A stretch of 64,000 bases of DNA from an uncultured Burkholderiales bacterium. GTDB taxonomy: Bacteria > Pseudomonadota > Gammaproteobacteria > Burkholderiales > SHXO01. The DNA lies in the NCBI GenBank assembly GCA_964523885.1, contig CAZFYX010000085.1, positions 117,736 through 181,735 of the forward strand, in the 5' to 3' direction. The position numbers were made by a program, and so were the translations under genes. Below the pieces are notes generated by a model. The model saw nothing but the letters and a program-made list of their open reading frames with translations. It was not told where the DNA came from and ran no database searches. Shown in pieces: positions 1-8,449 of the stretch; the stretch's first letter is position 1, and each line of letters opens with the position of its first letter.

Positions 1-1
1 T

Positions 2-97
2 CCGGCTGATCGCATCACTGCCACCCGACGCTTCCATGCCAGCCCGGACACCCGGTCGCCCGACATCGGATTCCGCTGCGCGCGGGACGAAGGCTGA
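2..97 (+). CDS. 3' end of a formylglycine-generating-enzyme (SUMF1/FGE-sulfatase) domain protein; 5' part is outside the window
   Basis: Frame 2 is open from the window edge and reads ...RFHASPDTRSPDIGFRCARDEG* (TGA 95-97). A GFRCAR tail is the usual C-terminus of FGE/SUMF1-domain proteins. It is absent from the ORF track because no start codon lies in the window. Confidence 0.5.
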   Translation, partial: PADRITATRRFHASPDTRSPDIGFRCARDEG

Positions 98-195
98 AGG
101 GTATCCGGCGCGGTTGCTTCCGCCGGTTGTGCAAGGTAGTCGGGGTGATGAATGCGAGGTCACCGCGCCAGCACCTGCGACCCGCAGCCGCGGTG

Positions 196-240
196 TTCCC
201 TTTCTCCCCTTGCGGGAAAGGGCTGGGGTGAGGGGGAATC
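196..240. repeat. REP-like palindromic element, family A (CCCT(C/T)TC..GA(A/G)AGGG stem plus GGGGTGAGGG tail)
   Basis: CCCTTTC (198-204) pairs with GAAAGGG (216-222) and is followed by CTGGGGTGAGGGGG. Copies at 22864-22908, 42174-42215, 42251-42291 and 45044-45092 have the same architecture. Confidence 0.7.
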
Positions 241-285
241 CACCCCGAACTCCTCGGTAGCCTGACCGAGGACTATACTGCCGTC

Positions 286-735
286 ATGCCGCCCCGCCGG
301 AAGCTCGCAGCCATCCTCTGCGCCGACGTCGCAGGGTACTCCCGCCTCATGGCCGGTGATGAGGCCGGCACATTGCAGGCGTTGAACGCGGCCCGCGCCG
401 CCGTCGGGAAGAAGCTCCTCGATTTGACAGCGAACGATCCCTACTTCCAGGGCGCTCTGGGGTGGAGCTATGGCCGGCTTGGGCAAACCCAACGGGCGAA
501 GGCGATAGTCACTCGGTTGCAGGCCGCATCGAAGACGCGCGAGGTTCCTCCGCCCGCGATCTACTACGTGTACCTCGGTCTCCAGGATCAGGAGCGCGCT
601 CTGGATTGGATGTACAAGGCGTACGAGGGCCGCTGGGCAGACATGGCATGGATTGGTGTCGGCCCCGAATACCAATGACTGCGCTCGAACCCCCGCTTCC
701 AGGCCCTGCTGAAGAAGATGAAGCTGGACGGCTGA
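286..735 (+). pseudogene. Decayed class III cyclase / TPR gene (internal deletion plus in-frame TGA)
   Basis: The N-terminus KLAAILCADVAGYSRLMAGDEAGTL matches the first strand of a cyclase catalytic domain but joins directly to a TPR-like C-terminal part. TGA at 676-678 interrupts the frame. The frame then continues as LRSNPRFQALLKKMKLDG* (stop 733-735), the tail usually seen on such proteins. Confidence 0.6.
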
Positions 736-826
736 GCGCCCCGTAACCGGGCTGCAGCCGCTCGCAGTCCTGCACCGTCACCGCCCGGAGGGGGCATACT
801 GTCCCCCTCCACACCGCGGTCCGCCC

Positions 827-3800
827 ATGCCCACGCTGACCGGCTGGCTCTCGCGCATCGGCCTGGAGCGCTATGCCGCTCGCTTCGAGCTGGAGCGCAT
901 CGACCTCGACGTCCTGCCCGACCTCACCGAGGCAGATCTCGAGCGGCTGGGCGTCGCCCTCGGCGACCGCAAGCGCCTGCTCAAGGCCATCCGCGACCGG
1001 CACCCGGCCGCGGGTGCAACTGGCCGGTCCACGGCGGCGCCGATGGTCGAGCTGCGCCAGGTGACCGTTCTGTTCGTCGACCTGTCCGGATACACCCAGC
1101 TGACCACTTCGCTCGGCGCAGAGCGCACCCATGCGCTGGTCCAGCGCTTCTACGGCATGGTCAGCGCGATCGTCCGCAGCCATTCGGGCGCCGTCGAGCG
1201 TCACATCGGCGATGCGGTGATGGCGGTGTTCGGGCTGCCGGTCGCGCACGGCAACGACCCGGAGCGTGCGTTGCGAGCCGCGCAGGCCATGCACGAAGCG
1301 ATGCCTGGGCTCGGCGCCGAAATCGGCCGCCCGGTCCTGGTACACGCCGGCATCGCCAGCGGTCAGGTGGTTGCCAGCCGCGCCGCCGGAACCGACGACT
1401 TCGCCACTGTTGGCGACGCCGTGAACCTGGCTGCGCGCCTGGTCAACCTGGCCCAGCCGGGCGATACGGTCATCTCCGACGCGGTGCACCGCGCGGCCGG
1501 CGCCATCGTATCCGCCGAGTCCGTCGGCGAGGTGTCGGTGAAGGGCTTCGAGCAGCCGGTGCGCGCATGGCGCGTCGCTGCGTGGCGCGCCGAACGCAGC
1601 GAGCGCGCGCCGCTGGTCGGTCGTGAAGCGCAGCTCGAACAGTTCGACGCACTGTGTGAGGCATGCGCGGCCCGCCGGCAAGGCGCCTGGGTGGTCGTGC
1701 GCGGCGAGGCCGGCATCGGCAAGACCCGGCTGATCGAGGCGTTCGCGGATGCCGCGCGGCAGCGCGGGTTCGCGGTCCACGCCGCGCTGGTGCTCGACTT
1801 CGGCGCCGGGCGCGCGCTGGATCCGGTCCGGCGGCTGGCGGCGAGCGTCGCCGGTGCTCCGGCGGACGTCGACGATGCCGGGCGCGCGGCCTGGCTGGTG
1901 CACGCGCGCCGGCACGGGCTGGTGCTGGAGGACGAGACGATGGTGGCCGCCGATCTGCTCGGTCTGCCGCTGCCCGAGTCGCTGCGCCCGCTGTACGACG
2001 CGATGGACAACGCCACGCGCCAGCGTCGGCGCGCGGCGCTGGTGGTCGAGCTGGTTCGGCGCGCGAGCCTGGAACGGCCGCAGCTGCTGCTGGTGGAGGA
2101 TGTGCATTGGGCGGCGCCGGAAGCCCTCGACACGCTCGCCGCCCTCACCCACGGCATCGCCGGACATCCGGTCGCCATCGCGGTGACCTCGCGCGTACAG
2201 GGCGACCCGGCAAGCGGCACATGGGGTGAGCGGCTCAACCATCAGCTGCGTACGCTGGTGATCGACCTGCAGCCGCTGCCGGCGGCTGCGGCGCAGACGC
2301 TTGCTCGCGCGCTCGGCGGGACCGACGATGCAGCGTTGCAGGCGCTGGTCGACCGGGCCGGCGGCAACCCGCTCTACCTGGAACAGCTGCTGCGCAACGC
2401 GGCGGCGGGCGCCCGCGAGACCCTGCCGGGCTCGATCCAGAGCATCGTGCTCGCCCGCCTGGACCGGTTGGGGCTGCGCGACCGCCGTGCATTGCAGGCC
2501 GCCAGCGTGCTCGGGCAGGTGTTCTCCCTGCCGTTGCTGCGCCACCTGCTCGAGGACGACGGTTACGAGTGCGCCCGGCTGGTGGAGGAGCACCTCGTGC
2601 GCGAGATCGATGAAGGCTACCTGTTCGCGCATGCGCTGGTGTGGGAGGGCACCTACCTCTCGCTGCTGAGCGAGCAGAAGCGCGACTGGCACGTGCGTGC
2701 CGCGGACTGGTTCGCGCAACGCGACCCGTTGCTCACAGCCGAGCACCTGGACCGCGCGCAGGACCCGCGCGCACCCGGTGCCTACCTCGAGGCGGGCCGC
2801 GCGGAGAGTGCAGCGCACCGGCCCGAGCGTGCGCTGCAGGCACTGGAGCGCGGGATCGCGATCGCCGGAGACGACGCGGAGCGCGCCAGCCTGCTCGCCG
2901 AATCAGCGCACTTGCTGCCGACGCTGGGCAGGACACAGGAGGCCCTGGACGCCGCCCGTCGCCTGCTTGAGAGCGCCACCGATGCGCGGGAACGCGCACG
3001 CGCGCGCATCGGCATCGCCAACGCCCTGCGTCTGCTCGACCGCCACCAGGAAGCGCTGGATGTGCTGCAGGCAGCGCAGGACGAGGTGCCTGCGGCACTG
3101 GATCACGCCGACCATTCCCGTATCCACAACCTGCGCGGCGCGCTGTTCTTTCCGCTCGCACGGGTTCGCGAGGGACTGGAAGAGCAGACCCGTGCGCTCG
3201 AGCAAGCCCGGCTGGCCGGCTCGATCGAGCTGCAGCTGCGCGCGCTGAGCGGGCTCGGCGACGCGCACTATGCCGGCGGCCGCCTGGTGTCCGCCCATGA
3301 CAGCTTCAAGGAGTGCGTGGAGCTGAGCCGGGCGCACCGGATCGTACAGGTGGAGGCAGCGAACCTGCCGATGCTCGCGATCGGCGCCTATTTCGTGGCC
3401 CGGATCGACGCAGCCCTGGAACATGCACGGGCCGGCCTGGCCTTGGCACGGCGCCTGTCCAACCCCAGAGCCGAGGTCATCTCGCACCACTCGATCTGCA
3501 TGGTCGCGGTCGAGACCGGGGACCCCGACCTGCTCGCACCGCATGCCCGGGCCTCGCTGGAGATCGCCCAGGCCATCGGCGCGCGCCGGTTCGTGCCGGA
3601 AGGCATGCTCTTCACGGCGCAGAGCATGGCCTGGGCGGGCCAGCGCCAGGAAGCGCGGCAGCTCATGTTGCAGGCGCTCGCGCTGGCGCATGACCACATG
3701 AGCTACATGGGACCATGGATCCTCGGCGCGCTCTCCGCGCACGCCCCTGACGACAGCGAATGCGAGGGCTGGCTGGCCCAAGGCGAGCGGGTGCTTCGCG

Positions 3801-4099
3801 ATGGCGCTGCAGCACACAACTATCTCGGCTTCTATCAGGGCGCCATCGAGGCCAGCCTGCACCGGCAGCGTTGGGACGAGACGCTGCGCTATTGCCAGGC
3901 CCTCGACGCGGCGTTCGCCGCAGAGCCGGTTCCGCTCGCCAGGTTCGTCTCGGCCCGGGGTCGCATCCTGGCGCGACGCGGCCGCGGCGAACGCGATCCG
4001 CAGTCGAGCGCCGAGCTCTCGGCGCTGATCAGCCAGGGGCGGCGGGCCGGCTTGCTGGCCCGCTTGCAGGCCCTCGAGCGCGCAGCGGAGAACGGCTGA
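827..4099 (+). CDS. SAM domain - class III adenylate/guanylate cyclase - P-loop STAND/AAA ATPase - TPR signalling protein (1090 aa)
   Basis: N-terminal SAM-like segment (WLSRIGLERYAARFELERIDLDVLPDLTEADLERLGVALGDRKRLLKAI). Cyclase motifs VTVLFVDLSGYT and HIGDAVMAVFG. Walker A GEAGIGKTRL. The long helical C-terminal half looks TPR-like. Confidence 0.85.
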   Translation: MPTLTGWLSRIGLERYAARFELERIDLDVLPDLTEADLERLGVALGDRKRLLKAIRDRHPAAGATGRSTAAPMVELRQVTVLFVDLSGYTQLTTSLGAERTHALVQRFYGMVSAIVRSHSGAVERHIGDAVMAVFGLPVAHGNDPERALRAAQAMHEAMPGLGAEIGRPVLVHAGIASGQVVASRAAGTDDFATVGDAVNLAARLVNLAQPGDTVISDAVHRAAGAIVSAESVGEVSVKGFEQPVRAWRVAAWRAERSERAPLVGREAQLEQFDALCEACAARRQGAWVVVRGEAGIGKTRLIEAFADAARQRGFAVHAALVLDFGAGRALDPVRRLAASVAGAPADVDDAGRAAWLVHARRHGLVLEDETMVAADLLGLPLPESLRPLYDAMDNATRQRRRAALVVELVRRASLERPQLLLVEDVHWAAPEALDTLAALTHGIAGHPVAIAVTSRVQGDPASGTWGERLNHQLRTLVIDLQPLPAAAAQTLARALGGTDDAALQALVDRAGGNPLYLEQLLRNAAAGARETLPGSIQSIVLARLDRLGLRDRRALQAASVLGQVFSLPLLRHLLEDDGYECARLVEEHLVREIDEGYLFAHALVWEGTYLSLLSEQKRDWHVRAADWFAQRDPLLTAEHLDRAQDPRAPGAYLEAGRAESAAHRPERALQALERGIAIAGDDAERASLLAESAHLLPTLGRTQEALDAARRLLESATDARERARARIGIANALRLLDRHQEALDVLQAAQDEVPAALDHADHSRIHNLRGALFFPLARVREGLEEQTRALEQARLAGSIELQLRALSGLGDAHYAGGRLVSAHDSFKECVELSRAHRIVQVEAANLPMLAIGAYFVARIDAALEHARAGLALARRLSNPRAEVISHHSICMVAVETGDPDLLAPHARASLEIAQAIGARRFVPEGMLFTAQSMAWAGQRQEARQLMLQALALAHDHMSYMGPWILGALSAHAPDDSECEGWLAQGERVLRDGAAAHNYLGFYQGAIEASLHRQRWDETLRYCQALDAAFAAEPVPLARFVSARGRILARRGRGERDPQSSAELSALISQGRRAGLLARLQALERAAENG

Positions 4100-4141
4100 C
4101 CGCGCCAGGAGCAGCGGATGCCCGCTGACCGCCCCGTCGAT

Positions 4142-4156
4142 GTGAATTTCGCACAC
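4142..4156 (+). promoter_or_regulatory. Copy 1 of an exact 15-bp motif, GTGAATTTCGCACAC (candidate operator)
   Basis: Identical 15-mer at 16799-16813. The extended match is GAyGTGAATTTCGCACAC-N4-GCCG. It lies 106 bp upstream of the ATG at 4262. Confidence 0.4.
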
Positions 4157-4261
4157 TTCCGCCGTGGCACACGCCGCCGCAGCGCGTCCGCCGGGCTCCT
4201 AGAGTTGGCATTGGCACCCCGAAGCCGTACGCGGGCGACACCCCTCCAGGGAGGCGACGAC

Positions 4262-5248
4262 ATGGCGCTCACGCGATCTTCCGTTCCAGAACAAGCCGCA
4301 CTCACGCCGCGAATTGCGTCTGTCACCAAGCTGACCCGGGCGCTGCACGCGCGCGGCGGGCCGGCGCGCAGCCGGCATCCCCTCGTACCACCGCCGCTGC
4401 CGAGACTGGTGGAACAGGCCTACCGGCAGCTCCTCGACCAGGATGCGAGGGGCGCACTGGGCGCCCTCGCCGCGGCGGTGGCGCTGCTGCGGGGCGAGGA
4501 TGCGCGCGAGCTCACCGCCGCCGACGCGGCTGGTCCCTGGCAGGCAACCACCCGGATGCAGCCGCGGGCGCGCATCGTGATTCACACGCTCGGCCGCTTC
4601 GAAGTCCTGGTGGACGGCGCGCCGCTGTGCACCGGGCGCAAGCAGCCCCGGCGCACGCTCGCACTGCTCAAGGCGCTGGTTGCGCTGGGCGGCCGGCACG
4701 TCGCCCGCAGCACCCTGGTGGATGCGCTTTGGCCGGACCTGGAGGGGGACCTAGGCCAGAACGCGCTGGAAGTGACGCTGCACCGGCTGCGCGCCCGGCT
4801 GGGCGTACCGGAGGCGATCGTGGCGCGCAACGGCTGCCTCGACCTCGACCCGGCGGTGGTGTGGGCGGACGCGCTCGCCTTCGGCGCCTGTCCGCAGGAC
4901 GATCCCGAATGCATCCGCAGCGCCGGGGCGTCCATCACGCTGGAGACGGCGTTCGCGCTGTACGGCGGCCTGTTCCTCCCGGACGATCGCGACGGCAGCT
5001 GGTCACTGCGGATGCGCGAGCGGCTGCGCGCGCGCTTCGTGCGCATCGTCGCCGAGACCGGTGCCCGTCTCGAAGCATCCGGGCAGTTGCAGGCGGCCTC
5101 GCGGGTCTACGAACGCGCGCTCGCCGTGGACGACCTCGCCTGCGTCTTCCACGACGGGCTGGCGCGCTGCCTGGCACAGCTCGGGCGCCCCGGCGAGGCG
5201 CGGATGGCGCGCGAGCGCGGCCACCACGTCCAGGATGTCGAAGCCTAG
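4262..5248 (+). CDS. SARP/BTAD-type transcriptional regulator (OmpR/PhoB-like winged helix plus bacterial transcriptional activation domain)
   Basis: VIHTLGRFEVLVDGAPL..RKQPRRTLALLKALVALGGRHVARSTLVDALWPDLEGD..ALEVTLHRLRARLG is a winged-helix DNA-binding domain, followed by a helical BTAD-like part. The ORF is open from 4118. The ATG at 4262 has AGGGAGG 7 nt upstream, so the start is uncertain. Confidence 0.75.
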   Translation: MALTRSSVPEQAALTPRIASVTKLTRALHARGGPARSRHPLVPPPLPRLVEQAYRQLLDQDARGALGALAAAVALLRGEDARELTAADAAGPWQATTRMQPRARIVIHTLGRFEVLVDGAPLCTGRKQPRRTLALLKALVALGGRHVARSTLVDALWPDLEGDLGQNALEVTLHRLRARLGVPEAIVARNGCLDLDPAVVWADALAFGACPQDDPECIRSAGASITLETAFALYGGLFLPDDRDGSWSLRMRERLRARFVRIVAETGARLEASGQLQAASRVYERALAVDDLACVFHDGLARCLAQLGRPGEARMARERGHHVQDVEA

Positions 5249-5252
5249 CCGG

Positions 5253-5720
5253 CTAGGCGAAGAAGCCCGCGGCGATCCACTCCGCCGCGAGTGCAGGCCT
5301 GGGCTTGCCCTCCACCTCCACCGCCACGTCATAGACCGCCTGCCAGCGCCCGGCCTTCACCTCGAAGCTCTTGAGCATGAAGCGGCCGCGGATGCGCGAG
5401 TCGACCGGCACCGGCGAGATGAACCGCAGGCGGTTGAAGCCATAGTTCACCTGCGTCTTCGTGCCCTCCACCGCGGGCACGGCCTCGTAGGCCATGCACG
5501 AGAGCATGGACATGGTGAGAAAGCCGTGGGCGATGGTGCCGCCGAACTGCGTGGCCGCAGCGCCCCGAGGATCGACGTGGATGAAGTAACTGTCTCGAGT
5601 CAGCTTGGCGAACGCGTCGATCATCGGCTGGTCGATGGTGATCCAGCTCGACGTGCCGAGCTCGGTTCCGACCTTTGCGGCCAGCGCCTCGACGCCCATT
5701 TGATGCAGCGGACCTTCCAT
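5253..5720 (-). CDS. MaoC/NodN-like hot-dog fold dehydratase
   Basis: 155 aa with WITIDQPMIDAFAKLTRDSYFIHVDP...GGTIAHGFLTMSML, typical of MaoC-like (R)-hydratase domains. Confidence 0.8.
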   Translation of the reverse strand: MEGPLHQMGVEALAAKVGTELGTSSWITIDQPMIDAFAKLTRDSYFIHVDPRGAAATQFGGTIAHGFLTMSMLSCMAYEAVPAVEGTKTQVNYGFNRLRFISPVPVDSRIRGRFMLKSFEVKAGRWQAVYDVAVEVEGKPRPALAAEWIAAGFFA

Positions 5721-5874
5721 GCGAGCCTCTCTTGACGTGGGTCTTCCTGCGCAGCCAGGAAGCGTAGTGTGCCCGATTGCGCAGCGGTAGGCCCGCGCGC
5801 GCCTGCCGGAGGGACCAAGGGTGCTAATCTAGGCGGGCGCCGGGCACCCGGCGACTGCTACAGGAGGATCGACG

Positions 5875-6057
5875 ATGGCCACCGAGGGGGAACGGATCGC
5901 GGCGCTGGAAGCGCGGGTCGCGCTGCTCGAGGGTCTGCTGGAGGAGGTGGTCGCCTACGAAGTCAAGGACGGCGAGGAGGACGAGTGGATCACCTGGCTC
6001 TACGACGACTGGATGGACCGCGTCGTGGAGGCGCTGGACGATGTGACGCAGGCCTGA
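5875..6057 (+). CDS. Small acidic helical protein (60 aa), function unknown
   Basis: AGGAGGA (5862-5868) lies 6 nt before the ATG. Third codon positions are G/C-rich. The sequence is heptad-like (IAALEARVALLEGLLEEV) with an acidic C-terminus. I recognise no family. Confidence 0.45.
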   Translation: MATEGERIAALEARVALLEGLLEEVVAYEVKDGEEDEWITWLYDDWMDRVVEALDDVTQA

Positions 6058-6107
6058 GCCTGGAGCCGGCAGCGAGCGACCGGCGGGCCAACCGTAGGAG
6101 GATCGGC

Positions 6108-7343
6108 ATGCTGCAGGGCTGGAGGCGGGCGCTCGCGGGCGCCCTCGCATTCGCGGCGTCCGCCGCATGGGCGGACACGGTGAGGATTGCGGTCATCGAC
6201 CCGCTGTCGGGGCCGTTCGCCAACATCGGCGAGTACAACGTCAAGCACGCCCAGATGGCGGTTGACCAGATCAACGCCCGCGGGGGCGTGGCGGGCACCC
6301 AGAAGATCGAGCTGGTGCTGCTCGACAGCAAGAACAACCCGCAGGAAGCGGGGCTGGTGCTGCAGCAGGCGATCGACCAGAACGTCCGCTACGTGTACCA
6401 GGCCGCCGGGTCGGTGGTGGGCGGGGCGCTGCTCGAGGCCGTCGGCAAGTACAACGCGCGCAACCCGGACAAGGCGGTCCTGTACCTCAACCACGGCGCA
6501 ATCGAGCCGAGCTTCACCAACGAGCGCTGCAACTTCTGGCACTTCCGCTTCGATTCGCACCAGATCATGAAGATCGGCGCGTTCACCGATGCGGCCGCGC
6601 GCGACAGGAGCGTGCACAAGGTCTACCTGATCAACCAGGACTACAGCGCGGGGCAGGTGTTCGCGCGCGAGACCCGCGCGATGCTCGCGCGCAAGCGGCC
6701 CGACATCGAGATCGTCGGCGACGACCTGCACCCCCTGGGCAAGGTGAAGGATTTCTCGCCCTACATCGCCAAGATCAAGGCCTCCGGCGCCGACACGGTG
6801 ATGACCAACAACTGGGGCAACGACATCGCGCTGCTCATCAAGGCGGCGAAGGACGCCGGCCTGAACGTGTCGTGGTATGCGATGTACGTCTATCTCACCG
6901 GTACGCCCGCGATGGTCGGCGACCCCGGTGGCGGCTCGGTGAAGACGCTGATGTCCTGGCATGCCAACATCGCGGACAACCAGCTCGAGTCCTACGCCAA
7001 CGCCTACAAGGCCCGGTACAAGGCCGACTGGGGCTGGCTGCCGGGGTACCTCGCGCTGCAGATGCTCGCGCGCGCGATGGACCAGGCGAAGTCGACCGAT
7101 CCGGTGAGGGTTGCGCTCGCGCTCGAGAACATGCGCTACGACGGCCCGACCGGGCAGGTGTGGATGCGCGCGGAGGACCACCAGCTCAGCCAGCCGCTGT
7201 ACCTGGCGAGCTTCGCGAAGGCCGGCCAGCCCGGCGTGAAGTACGACGTGGAGAACACCGGCTTCGGCTGGAAGACCGAGGTGCGCATCGAAGCGAAGGA
7301 CACGGTGATGCCGCACACCTGCAGGATGCAGCGACCGGAATAG
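6108..7343 (+). CDS. Periplasmic ABC substrate-binding protein, LivK/branched-chain amino acid family
   Basis: AGGAGGA lies 5 nt upstream of the ATG at 6108. Signal peptide MLQGWRRALAGALAFAASAAWA. The mature part (DTVRIAVIDPLSGPFANIGEY...) is type I periplasmic binding-protein-like. The track ORF start at 5769 adds an Arg/Gly-rich extension that I reject. Confidence 0.85.
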   Translation: MLQGWRRALAGALAFAASAAWADTVRIAVIDPLSGPFANIGEYNVKHAQMAVDQINARGGVAGTQKIELVLLDSKNNPQEAGLVLQQAIDQNVRYVYQAAGSVVGGALLEAVGKYNARNPDKAVLYLNHGAIEPSFTNERCNFWHFRFDSHQIMKIGAFTDAAARDRSVHKVYLINQDYSAGQVFARETRAMLARKRPDIEIVGDDLHPLGKVKDFSPYIAKIKASGADTVMTNNWGNDIALLIKAAKDAGLNVSWYAMYVYLTGTPAMVGDPGGGSVKTLMSWHANIADNQLESYANAYKARYKADWGWLPGYLALQMLARAMDQAKSTDPVRVALALENMRYDGPTGQVWMRAEDHQLSQPLYLASFAKAGQPGVKYDVENTGFGWKTEVRIEAKDTVMPHTCRMQRPE

Positions 7344-7375
7344 CCGTCCCGTCGCGCAGGATTCCAAGGAGCACG

Positions 7376-8449
7376 ATGGCGCAACTTCTCACCGAGATCG
7401 AATGGAGTCCGCCGCTGTTCACGCCGCCGGCGGACCCGGAGTGGAACGCAGAGCTCAAGCAGCGCTTCGGGATGGCATCCGGCATGCTGCGCCACGTTGC
7501 ACCGCTGCCGTGGCTGCGCACCACCTGCGCAACTTGGCAGCTCTACCCGATCACGCGCCTGCCCCTGCGCCTGGCAGACCTCATCTTCCTCGTCGTGTCG
7601 CAGGAGAACGCTTGCCGCTACTGCTACGGTGCAGCGCGCGCGCACCTGCGCGTCCTGGGCTATTCCGAGCGCGCCGTCAACCAGCTCGAGCGTCAGCTCC
7701 AGCTCGCCGAGCTGGACGCGAAGGACCAGGCCTTCCTGCGCTTCTGCCGCCAGCTCGCGCGCAGCAACCCGCGGCCCGCGCGGGCCGAGCGCGACGAGAT
7801 GCTGGCGGCGGGATTCACGGCGGAGCAGGTGGCGGAGACCGCCTTCCTGGTTGCGGGCAACGCGTTCGGCAACCGCGTGGCGACCTTCCTCGCCACGCCG
7901 CCGGAGCTGATGTTCGAACGCCTCGGACGCTCCTGGGCCGGCCGGCTGCTCAAGCCGATGTTGCTGGTGGCCAACCGCAAGACCATGCCGATGCCGCGCG
8001 ACTTCGCGGTGCCGGCGGGCGCGCCCTTCGAGCGCATCACGCGCCCGCTCGCCGGGCTGCCTGCTGCCTGGGTGCTGCACCAGTCGCTCACTGCCGCGTT
8101 CGAGTCGACCGTGCTGTCGCGCCGGATCAAGGTACTGGTCTTCGCCGTGGTCGCGCGCATCCTCGAGTGCCAATTCTGCCCCTCCGAGGCGTTGCGGATG
8201 CTCGAGCAGGAAGGCTTCGGCACCGCCGAGGTGGAGACCATCCTGTCCTCGCTTGCGTCCAACCGGCTCGACGCCACCGAGGCTGCGGTGCTGGAGTGGG
8301 CCCGCGAGACTGTGCGCTATCAGCCGCAGGTGATCCAGCGGCAGACCCGCGCGCTGCTCGAGCGGATCGGCACCCAGTGCACGCTCGAAGCGGTCGGGAC
8401 CGCCGCCCTGGCCAATTCCACGGTGCGCCTCGCGATGCTCGCCGAATGA
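7376..8449 (+). CDS. Tandem carboxymuconolactone decarboxylase (AhpD-like) family protein with two CxxC motifs
   Basis: AAGGAG lies 5 nt upstream of the ATG at 7376. There are two AhpD/CMD-like halves, each with a CxxC (ENACRYCYGAARAHL and ILECQFCPSEALRML). The stop overlaps the next start (ATGA at 8446-8449). Confidence 0.7.
   Translation: MAQLLTEIEWSPPLFTPPADPEWNAELKQRFGMASGMLRHVAPLPWLRTTCATWQLYPITRLPLRLADLIFLVVSQENACRYCYGAARAHLRVLGYSERAVNQLERQLQLAELDAKDQAFLRFCRQLARSNPRPARAERDEMLAAGFTAEQVAETAFLVAGNAFGNRVATFLATPPELMFERLGRSWAGRLLKPMLLVANRKTMPMPRDFAVPAGAPFERITRPLAGLPAAWVLHQSLTAAFESTVLSRRIKVLVFAVVARILECQFCPSEALRMLEQEGFGTAEVETILSSLASNRLDATEAAVLEWARETVRYQPQVIQRQTRALLERIGTQCTLEAVGTAALANSTVRLAMLAE

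Noticed and set aside
676-678. In-frame TGA as a possible selenocysteine or programmed read-through codon.
   Set aside because: I see no obvious SECIS-like hairpin immediately downstream. The gene also carries a large internal deletion, so simple decay is the more economical explanation.
509-2818. Very long ORFs on the strand opposite well-supported genes. Examples: 509-2818 (-), 30694-32562 (-), 35937-37781 (+), 40847-42673 (+), 46429-49767 (-), 53296-56004 (+).
   Set aside because: Their translations are Arg/Ala/Gly/His/Pro-rich low-complexity sequence with no recognisable motifs. They are antisense to genes with clear family signatures. Long antisense open frames are expected in such GC-rich DNA.
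4142-4156. Calling the 15-bp motif a bona fide CRP site.
   Set aside because: The dyad is TGTG-N7-CACA, 1 bp shorter than the CRP consensus spacing, and copy 2 begins CGTG. It is kept only as a hypothesis in the findings.
4163-4178. TGGCAC at 4164-4169 as a sigma-54 -24 element upstream of the SARP gene.
   Set aside because: The -12 position lacks the required GC and TTGC (the sequence reads GCCGC, offset from the consensus position), so the spacing and consensus fail.
5769-6107. N-terminal 113-aa extension of the substrate-binding protein ORF. Similar 5' extensions occur in the track ORFs at 12401, 17189, 27359, 29015, 45073, 47930 and 57716.
   Set aside because: The extensions are Arg/Gly-rich and precede an internal start that has a good RBS and a signal peptide or the first conserved motif. 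The shorter starts were used.
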